64,000 bases of DNA from Auanema rhodensis. Lineage: Eukaryota > Animalia > Nematoda. The notes beneath the pieces were generated by a model. That model was given only the letters and a program-made list of their open reading frames with translations. It was not told where the DNA came from and made no database searches. Positions 41,601 to 52,097 of the stretch are shown here, piece by piece; within the stretch, counting starts at the first letter, position 1; each line of letters opens with the position of its first letter. Location of the stretch: assembly GCA_964057225.1 (NCBI GenBank), contig OZ059898.1:13702001-13766000 (forward strand), written 5' to 3'. Both the position numbers and the translations under genes were made by a program.

Positions 41601-41950
41601 TTAATATCCTCCGTATCCACGAGGTCTTCCGTATGAAGAATGAATTGGCTGTGGTGGAAGTGGAAGCTAAAAAGCAATAAATTGAAACATCAAACGTCGA
41701 CGAACATGGAAAATTATGGAAATTGTTTAAAACTTACTGGTTCTGGTTCTGGTTCTGGCATTGGTGGTGGTGGTGGTGGAGGTGGTTGATATTGGTTACC
41801 TCCGTATCCTCCTCCTCCTTGGTATGGAGCTCCTCCAAATCCTCCGCCGCCATATCCTCCTCCTCCGTTGTTCATACCACCTTGGTATCCATATCCTCCG
41901 CAGAGGGCCAATTGAATGACAACAGCAAGAACGACGAGTTTGAACAACAT
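41601..41950 (-). CDS. Small secreted Gly/Tyr- and Pro-rich protein
   Basis: Signal peptide MLFKLVVLAVVIQLALC, GGYG repeats, poly-Pro/PEPEP, one GT-AG intron, C-terminus HSSYGRPRGYGGY*. Confidence 0.85.
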
Positions 41951-42944
41951 GGTTCTAAAGAAGAAATGAAATCATATAAGTAAAATCAGTAAAATCTTTA
42001 GTTTTATGAATAAGTCGATAGGTAAAGTACAACATATGAAATAAGATTTTTAAGATTAGAATGTAATAATACTTCCTAAAATATATGAGAAGTAATGAAG
42101 ATGTAATGAAGACATTCACCAAGTGACATCTATTTCGCCCATCATCACTGTCTTATATATGGAGTATCGCTCTATCTCTGTGTAATAGTGTAATCTGAAA
42201 AATAAATAAAAAAAATGATGGAACCGCCAACTCTCGAAGAACGGCTCTCAAATTCGACGACCACAGTGTCTTTGACGACGACTGCAACCTGACGACAAAG
42301 AAGAGAACAACAATAGCACCCAGATCGGAAATGATCTAAGATTACTGTATAAAGCATACATATCTATTGAAACATTCGGGTAATGATGATTCATACTTCC
42401 TTCTTATTTCATGAACATAACACACTTACACTTTCAAAATATTCGTCGAAAGCATACATATGATACACATAGATTCAAAAAAAAATTTTAAAAAAGCCGT
42501 TTTGTTCTCAATTAAGGAAATAGGTTGTCTTTTTGATTTCCCCCTACCACGCTATCATTTTGTTACATATCCCTTCATTTAATGTGATTTTAACGAAAAA
42601 TTCATTTTCTGATTCATTTCTCATTGAACGCATCGGGTTCGCTGTGACCGTCATGTACAAATTGAGCTTTATGCCAAAAAATATCGAACAAAGCCCACTG
42701 TCAGTTTCACAAAGTAACGCACATATACACATATACACAGACACACACATATATATTTATATATTTATATTTATATACTATATACTATATACTATATAAG
42801 TTCTGAATGCATTATATTTTTGTTAATTTACGTATGTGTTATATATTTTTTTTCGATAACGAAAGCTTCAAAATTGGCTGTAAACATATTTCAGGAGAAT
42901 GTTGTTTATTCCTCTTTTAGCAAACATTAAATTACATTATAGAC

Positions 42945-43043
42945 CAAACCGCTCTGTGTTATTGTAATTATAGAAATGATGTGTTCAGTGACAATTAGAT
43001 CACGTGGAAAATTAGAATTGCGTGAATATCAACATTTCACGTA
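42945..43043 (+). promoter_or_regulatory. Degenerate copy of dispersed element
   Basis: CAAACCGC at 42945-42952; TCACGTGG at 43000-43007, TGCGTGAA at 43019-43026, TTCACGTA at 43036-43043. Confidence 0.45.
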
Positions 43044-43251
43044 AACTTTGAAATATGTCGGAAGACTGATTAGTGTGTCATTGTCATTGATCTTTACTTT
43101 GTCTTCTCATAACTAAAGTTTTGTTGCAGAAGGAGAAGAAGAAAAACATTAAAAGAGAAGAAAAAAAAAGAAATTTTAAAATATTTATCTTCGAATAAAT
43201 TATACATTTTTTTGAATTGTACACGCGAAACAAAGAAGGCAGACTCATCTA

Positions 43252-44938
43252 TTAACTTTCTTTACCCTGCGCTTTCCTGAAATATATAAATATATTAAAT
43301 AAGATATATAAAAGAAAAGTAACAAACATCCTGCCCACGGGAGAGAAAAAATTCTGTATAAGTTCGATAGGAAATGGAAAAATGATAGTGGAGTTCTTCT
43401 CAGCACTGAAAAATGTAAATTTGAAATATGGATGTTGCCTTCAGCGAATACAAACCTTATACTATTTAGTGTTTGTAAATATCTCAACTGAATAGCACAA
43501 GGCGATGAGGCAATCTGGTAAAATGAGGAAAAATTATTATTTTCGCGACAAAAAGTTCAAATTACCACATCAGCAGCCTCCCTTAAAGCTCTTGATGCTT
43601 GCTGCTCTCCTTCTGCTGCTATAACCTGCAACACAAATTTTATGTTTTGTTCTATCAAGGTGTTTGATGATTCATATAAAAGAATTAGAAATAGTATAAA
43701 CCTTAGCTCCAGCTTCACGTGTAGCTTCAGCTTCTGCAGCCATTGCTCTTTGGAGTTGCAACGGAAGTCTGACATCTTTGACTTCAACCCTCTCTACTTT
43801 AACTCCCCATGGATCTGTAGCTTCATCCAATGTGCTCTTAAGAAAAAACAAATATGAATTATTTTCATTCAATCAAAATTTCAGGTGTTACCTGCATTTG
43901 ATGTGAAATATTTTCACGATCTGATAGCATTTCAGCCAATGTACGAGTACCCAGAATATTTCTTAAAGTTGTTTGAGCAAGTAATTTAGTGGATCGTGAA
44001 GCATCTTCAACGTTTGTGACCTGAAAATAAGTTTTAAAAATCAATTTCACATAATTATTCATCTAAATATCATTATTACTATATTTGATAAAACTAAAAA
44101 ATGTAATAAAATGAATAAAAAGTTTATTCTGAGACAAAAAACCTGTTATATACTTGTTTTGAATTGTAAAAAAAAGTTATTAAATCATGTACTTTACAGT
44201 CTCAGATCAAAAATTAATTAATAACTTACGGATATGGTAGCATTAGATATTCTGAAGTAGACAACAGCATCAACAGCGACAGTTACTGAATCTTTTGAAA
44301 GAATCTGAAAAAAAATAGATTAGAATAAATAGATTCAATAAATACTGAATGTTGGTAGAATTATGTGACTTCAAATAACATTTATCTTACTTCTTGTGGT
44401 GGAACATCGAATGAAACAACACGTAGATCGATTTTTTTATAGGAATCTATACAGGGCAGTACAAAGAAAATTCCTAAAATGGTTATATTTAACCTTTGGT
44501 CTTAGAACGACAGCTAATAAGAAACTAGCCTGGTCCTTTTGCGCCTCCAGGCATCAAACGTCCAAGACGGAATATGACAGCCCTCTCATATTCTTGAACA
44601 ACCTGGAGTTATTGTTCGATAATTAATAATGTAAAAAATAAAATAAAATAAAAAAAACTAACTTTAATACAAAAATATGCTGAAAGTGGTAGAGTAAAAA
44701 CTATCAAAATATAAGAAAATATAGTTAAGATCCAGCCACATATTGTGAATTCAACTATTTGATTTGCTGAAAATGAAAAATATAATTAAAGTTTGAAAGA
44801 ATTTCATAATAAAGAATATTATGAGCATTAATATTTGCTCATAAGCTGTCAAAATGAATTTTTATTAAAACTTTAAAACATACTATCTACGATTCTTGAG
44901 AGTGGACTTCTCCCACTGACCAACTTTCTAGTCTCCAT
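43252..44938 (-). CDS. sto-4: Stomatin/SPFH protein (sto-4-like)
   Basis: [123 protein letters not shown]. One intron requires a GC donor. Confidence 0.85.
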
Positions 44939-46234
44939 TGTTGGATATGGAGATTAGTTGAGTTAAGAAGTCAAACCTCTGAAACAAGTTCAAGTAAAGA
45001 ATAGAGTTTCATGAGCAATTAGAATAAAGCAGCGACGATTACGTTATACGAACGAAAGACAAATGACATCACGATTCTGTCGACAAGCAGTCAAAAGTAA
45101 CTTGAAGCTTGGTACATCATTGGTATGTTCACGGAATAAATAAGATTTTGAAGAAAAAATGAATGAAGACTAATACAAGATTCAATAACATTGTAAGGCT
45201 ATGATGCACATATTGATCCGAACTACGAAACACAAAAACAGCATTAAGGACTACGAAAGCAAAGAGACGTAAAGCCGATAAGGTGTGACGAATTGGTTTG
45301 GTCCAAAATTAAATGTATCAAGTTTATTTATTATGTAAAAACGAGATAGAATAACAATAACAGAGAGAAATACACCGAGATAGTTTGGTAATTTCTAGTA
45401 GTCTCACGATATTTTCACTATATTGGAAATCTTTGAAAACGAGCTTATTCAGGCACTAATGTGTTCGTGGTCGACACAACTTTCTGTTTTTTTTGGGGGG
45501 AGAGAGAGGGGAGGAATAAATTCCAAGCATGGGAGCTAGGAAAAAGCAATCACTAATATAAATTCAAAAAAGACTCAGAAAATGGAGCTTCTGAAGAGAT
45601 ATTCATGGATAAGACCGAGCCAAAGAGAAGCTGAAAGAAAGAGTACAAATGAACCGAATACTTCAAGGGCCAATTTTCATAGATGGCGTGATGTTGTCCC
45701 ATATATTATTGTATTAGCTGAAGTCCGCCGTATTTCAATGAGTTGCTGCGCCTCATGTTGTCTAAGAGAGATGACGACAGAAACGACTTGAACGGCTTAC
45801 AACAACGATGAAGAGAACGACGAGGATGGCAACATGGCCAACGACGAATGCCTCGGTGTCTGCGCGTTCAGCTCATCGTCTTCTTCTGTTCACAAAATTC
45901 ACTTTCGAATCTCTCTTCGCTTGTCGTATATATATAGAGAGAGAGATGCAGACATTTTCATTTCTGCATCTCTAACTAATCCTCTCGTGTTGCCGTATAT
46001 CTGAGATTGGTGTGGTCCTAAATGCGGGAGAACAACGACAAATGTGTCAGTAGTTCCTTGGCAATTAACTGAAAATCCGGAAACGAATGAGCGCTATGTA
46101 GCGTGTTAGAAAAAATCTTTTTGTTTCTTTTCGTATTGCTCAATCATCTAGAACAGTACCAAAAAGAAATTTTTAAATACCAAAATAGATTTAAAAAGTT
46201 AATGAGAGAAAAGGGAAGGAAGAAGAGAATGAGA

Positions 46235-46296
46235 TACAACCGTTTCGTATGTTAAATTTCAAAAAAAAAAAAGAATTTCACGTGAATGTTCACGTA
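46235..46296 (+). promoter_or_regulatory. Dispersed bipartite element copy
   Basis: TACAACCGT at 46235-46243; TTCACGTGAATGTTCACGTA with ACGT at 46280 and 46292. Confidence 0.65.
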
Positions 46297-46588
46297 CAAT
46301 TGAAATTCAATGTAATCTACTAAGTAATACGAATAAAGTATGAAATGACATATTTACATGGAATCTATTTACAAGAAAAAAATTGTTTAAATTGAAACCG
46401 ATGGATAGAACTTGCGAATGTTCCGATCCAAATGAACTATTCCTCTTTAACTGAGCCGCGACTGCAATGTTATCAAACCTTTTTTTTTGCCGTAAATTGA
46501 TATATAATTGGTTCAGAAAGGTCAAAAAAGGCCAAAAAAAGTTTCAAATTATGGCATTTTTTTATGAAAAAAAATTAAGAAAAACCTA

Positions 46589-49500
46589 CTACGAGTAGCT
46601 CTCGCAATAGTACTGAATTAATTCCATTGGAAACGGAAATATAATCGTAGAATTCTTTTCAGCGCTGCAAATAATAATTTTATGAAATTAAACTTTTGAA
46701 AGAAAATAATTAAATGGAAAAAAAAAACAAAAAAATAAAGAAATTAGGAAACCTAATACTATTGAGAGTTTGAAGATATCGAAGTTGTATGGCGCAAGGT
46801 GATTCAACAATCTGAAATTACTCATTACCTCTTTGAGCAGAATAACTCAACAATAAGTTAGTTTTCAAACAAAAAACGAAAGGTTTTTTGAGCTTTTTTA
46901 TGTTCTTGTGTCTGTCTTTATGCCACCTCGTACTTGTATCTTCTTTGTCTACCTATTCATACTCACCACGTCAGCTGCATCCTTGAGAACAGCAGAAGCC
47001 TTTTGTTCTCCTTGAGCAGCTATTACCTGAAAACGTAAATTTCAAATTTTGTTACTTGACAAATCTTCTTGGCTAAACTTGAATAACAAACCTTAGCTCC
47101 AGCTTCACGTGTTGCTTCAGCTTCAGCAGCCATCGCTCGTTGTAGTTGAAATGGCAGTCTGACATCTTTTACTTCAACCCGTTCCACTTTGACTCCCCAA
47201 GGTTCAGTAGCTTCATCCAGAGTAGCCTGAATCGGACAGTGAATAGTGAATATCCAGATATGAAATGCTTTCTAAGAATCAGATTGTTTACCTGCATCTG
47301 ATGCGAGATGTTGTCACGATCAGATAACATCTGAGACAAGGTACGGGTACCCAGAATATTTCTTAAAGTAGTCTGAGCCAAAAGTTTCGTTGAGCGAGCA
47401 GCATCTTCCACATTTGTCACCTAAACATGTAGAAAATGATAAATTTATCAAAAGAATGCTTATATACTGATATGGTGGCATTAGATATTCTGAAATACAC
47501 GACAGCATCAACAGCAACAGTTACTGAATCTTTTGATAAAAGCTGAAAAATATTTTAAAATTCTTTTTTTTTCTTAAAATTAGTTAGATGCCTCTTGAGG
47601 AGGCACTTCAAATGAGAGAACTCGCAAATCGACTTTCTGGTATGAATCAATGCAAGGCAAGACGAAAAATAATCCTGCAAAATAAAATAATAGAAGCTTT
47701 AGTTTTAGAAACGTCATTAAGAAAAGGAGAAAAGTTTCACTAACCGGGCCCTTTAGCTCCGCCAGGAAGCAGCCGTCCAAGTCGAAATATAACAGCTCTT
47801 TCATATTCTTGGACAACCTAAAAAAATTATTTTTAATATTCAAAAGATAAAGAAAACATTTAAAATAATAAGATTATTGTGCATAAATCATGTAATCAAT
47901 TTGCTTTGAAATGTTAAACTTACTTTAATACAGAAGCATGCCGAAATTGGAAATGTCAGAAAAGCCAGAAGATAACTGCATATAGTTAAAATCCATCCAC
48001 ATATAGTGAACTCAACAACTTGATTCACTAAAATGTAAAGTAATTAAAAATTTTTTTTTAATTTTAGAAAATGAAAAGAGAAAGTTAAAAACATTCTGTC
48101 GATCTTGAATGCTAACACTTGTTAATAGTTTCAAGAATCGGCATGTTGTTTGCTTAGCTTCAAATGAAATTATGGTCAAGCTTATCCTTTTTCAAGATCA
48201 ACAGCAACAACAACAAGCATCAAGTTCTATTTAAAGTTATATCGCATGTTCTCGAATGCTTGCCCGTTGAATTCCTGAATCATGCTATCGATCAAAGGTC
48301 GAAGGAAAGGAATATACTTATCAGTCGACTACTGAAACATTGCCACGAAGTCTGAACCTGTCTATTTCAGGCTTCTCACCAATACAGCGACACTAGTGCA
48401 TTAAACGAACAAGTTACATCTATCTTTCAAAGTAATTGTTTTAACTACTATAGTACTTCTTCAAGGAAACAATTCAATTTGAAGTTCCAAAAAAACTATC
48501 TGAGTGACCAATCTAATTAGCAATATCATGTTGTAAATGAATAAATAAACAAAAATCTTCTGGTACGTACTCTCTTCCGTTATCTATGACCAGTAGTTGT
48601 TCCAAATCTTACTTTGATAGATGAGCAACTAAAATCTACGATCGGATAATAGGGAGTAGGATCACGAATTGCTCTCCAGATAGTTGTTCTTAAGAAAAAT
48701 GGAATCTCCAAATTTGCTTCAATATCTCTGTCCCCCCCCCCCCCCCAATATCTTATCCAATTTAAACAACATTTTTTCAATTTGAAACCTTTTAAAAAAT
48801 GTTTTACATATAAACATAGATTAAGATATTAAAGCTCAATTAAAATTTTAAAAAAAATAATTAAATCTGTATATGCATACATATTGGAATACAAAATGAA
48901 AAACTCATACAATGAATATATAACTTATTTATCTTTATATTTTTCTTGTATATATACATATATATATAACATATTATATACATACTAATATATTATATAT
49001 AGTTATAGTTATAGATATATATATAAAGATATTACATATTATATCATATTATACATAACTCGCTAGGAATCTGTCATCCGTGTCGTGCTTTCTACTGGTC
49101 ATAGAAATTGCGCTGTTTGCCAACTTCATCTATATTTCATTACCTAAGGCAAATTTTTTTTTCGACTAAAAAAATCATTTCGTCTTTTACTTCAGAAAGT
49201 TGTTTAAACACAGTTACACATAATGTGTGAATATATTTACAAATTTCTATTGATAGGTAAGATGGATGAAGCTCATTTCATTGATACAACTAGATGATCT
49301 AGTTAGCCAAAGAATGTGTAAAGCTTTCTATTTGCATTATTTGAATAAGGTTAAGATACTGTTGAATTTGTAGTTAAGTAGAAAAGAAATGGAAATAAAT
49401 AATTGAAATGAAATAATTACCAAGGAAAAATACTTTTTCTTTTCTTTTCCACCGAAATTTTTTTTAGAAAATTTGGCAGATAAACAGCATTGAAGTGGCT

Positions 49501-49849
49501 TAGCCGAAAGAAAAGTAAAGAATTTTAAGTTACTAATATGTGTGCATGCTTCGTCTAAATATGTTAACAACTACTTCCTCAAGCAGCAACTTATGATCAT
49601 TGTATATTCCATTATTTCTTTGAAATAATTAGTGTAACATGAAATAATTATGATGAGTAAGACACTTTATAGATCTTTTTTTTGCGTTAACTGTCTTTGT
49701 ATAAGCTGTTTAAAGAGAATAATGACTAAAATATGTTTTTTTTACTTTAAAACAACTGAAATGCATAACTTACAATCGACTATTCGAGTTAAACGAGTTC
49801 GTCCTACAGCCGGTATGGATTTCTTCTGATGTAAGCTTCGCTCAGACAT
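46589..49849 (-). CDS. sto-6: Stomatin/SPFH protein (sto-6-like), tandem paralogue
   Basis: The first exon MSERSLHQKK...TRIVD (ATG 49849, after TTTCAG) splices in phase 1 to [12 protein letters not shown]; then [43 protein letters not shown]. One intron requires a GC donor. Orthology (sto-6 versus a lineage-specific duplicate) is uncertain. Confidence 0.78.
48583..49105. mobile_element. Possible MITE-like remnant bounded by a 14-bp perfect inverted repeat
   Basis: TCTATGACCAGTAG at 48583-48596 and CTACTGGTCATAGA at 49092-49105; AT-rich non-coding interior; lies in stomatin intron 1. Confidence 0.3.
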
Positions 49850-52036
49850 TTCCTGAAACGAAAAATTTGAAAAATGAAATCTGTTAAAGAGAACGAAGTG
49901 TATGCACAACCGGAAGAGTTATCTTAATTACGAAGCTAATCTATGGTAATTTCAGTCTAATAACAATGCGAAGCAATAGGAATAAGGAAAGGAGAGAGTA
50001 AGAGAGAGCAATAGAGTGGAAGAGGGAAAAAGTAAACGAGATAGTAAAGCAGAAGAGAAGAAAAAGAGAGAGAAGAAAGAGAAAAAGAGAGTTACAAGAT
50101 GATCCCTGTTTCTCTAGTTTTCTCATCATTTCTTGAAAATTTTATGCCTTTCCCTCATATCTCGCCTTGCTCCCTTTCTGCTTCTCTTATATCTCTCATA
50201 CTTAGTCGAATCTCTCACCCATTCTATGAGTGTAGTCAGAGATACATGGGGCACATATAGAGGAACACGAGAGACAGCAACAGAGGAAGGGGATAAGTAT
50301 GGATGTGTGTATCTGCGGCATTTACTAGAGATGCTTCAGAACTAATTATGTTAGATATAATTTGATCAGAAACAATACAAGATAATGAGAGAGATCAGAC
50401 AAGCAGATTAGGAGAGAGATAAAAGAATCGACATAGAGTTTTAAAGAAGGAGAAAGAATTAGAAAGAAATATAGAGAGAACGAAAAACAGAGAGAGATAG
50501 AGATAATTTACGTTTTTGGTGTGCTTTCTTGAGTGAGCATGAGTCAAATCATTACAATGTAGCTTTCACAATCACGCCTGAATTGTTAGAAAGAATGAGG
50601 GTGGCATTTAAAGAAAATAGAAGAAAAATAATGTAAAGGGCAGCAAGAAGTAATAAGTTTTCGAACTTATTCTATAAGTTATGCGAAATAGAACATTTGA
50701 AAAAGGGAGAACAAGTGAAAGAGTGAACGAGTCAGACAGAAAGGAAAAGTGAGAGAACAGGCAACAAAAGCAAAAGGAACTTTTGAATTTTCAAATTTAT
50801 AAGATTTTTCGTTCTCATTTTATATAAACGTATAAACTACTGAGTTTATCTAAATATACATATATAGTCGTTCAAATAATAATATTTATATGATTTTCTA
50901 TTTATTAAAAAGTTTGAAGCATGATTGAAACATAAAATTAGATATTCATTTCACAGATTTGATATTCATTGAGTTTTCAACATTCTTATTATACTTTGTA
51001 ATAGAATAATAATCAAAAGTTACAATGAATCTCCATTTTTCTCTTTCTCTTTTTCGTTCCCTCTCTATGCCTCCGTTTCATATATAATTTCTTTCTTTGG
51101 CATAAAAGGAGCTCGAATTACGCAGATAGAATTAGAAAACTACTCAAATGACATGATTCTTCATCTAGATCCTGAAGCTTTAGCCTATAGATTACGCATG
51201 AATTTACTTTTCTTGACGGAGGATCATAATTTGGACGCAATGAATGTATAATATCATTATGTACTACTTTAATAAATATTCTTAAATTAAGAGAGAAGGA
51301 GGATTATGAACGACGACGAATACCTAACTGACTGACTAACTGACTGGTTGACGGGCTGACTGACACAAAATGACAGTGAGGATAAGATGTGAGGAAAAGT
51401 AAAAAAGAAATAATAACATTCAAGAAAAGCACATAAAAAGTATGGAATACTCAAAGTTATAATTGAAGAAAAAATGAAAAACAACACAAAAACCATTTAT
51501 TTTGTTTCTTTTATTCATGTAGAAGACTTAATTGCTGATACATTGACGGGTATTGTGTATAGAAAAAGATGGATATTAGTTAAAAAAAGCATCAAAGCTA
51601 CAAAATAAAATGTTTTAAAGAATTATTCAACAAAACTGAGAAAACGAAAGCTCATGAAAATGAGAAGGACATAGAGGGAGAGAAAAAAACAAAAAAAAGG
51701 GAGGGTGAGGGATGGAGGGAATGTGTATAGAAAATAAGGAAGAAATAGAGAGAGAGAAAGAGAAAGAGAGAGAGAGAGACCAAAAAAATTGTGTTGAAAA
51801 CAACAAGTCGTATGTGTTTATAATTTTGAGGATAATTTTCGAAATTTCATGAAGCATATCGAGAAGAAATTATGAATTATTAGGCTGAATAGCAGAGAGG
51901 TTTGGACTGAAGAAAAAGAAGAAAACGGGAATAGATAGATTGACTGAAAAAGAGGTAGAGACTAAGAGTGACATAGAGAGAGGGATAAATAAGGAAGAGA
52001 GCATGATAGATAGAAGAGAAAAAGATATTTGTTATG

Positions 52037-52097
52037 TTCAACCGCTTCATGCGTTACGTACTTGAAAAAAGTTTTTTTACGTCAATTCCCTACGTAA
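52037..52097 (+). promoter_or_regulatory. Dispersed bipartite element copy
   Basis: TTCAACCGC at 52037-52045; ACGT cores at 52056, 52079 and 52092. Confidence 0.55.

Noticed and set aside
41723-41983. Trp-rich ORF (WFWFW...WWWWW)
   Set aside because: Antisense reading of the poly-Pro codons of the Gly/Tyr-rich gene.
48090-48145. Nearby ATG as start of the sto-6-like gene
   Set aside because: It hits a stop after 10 codons and has no phase-compatible donor; the exon ending at ATG 49849 fits and matches the paralogue's RIVD motif.
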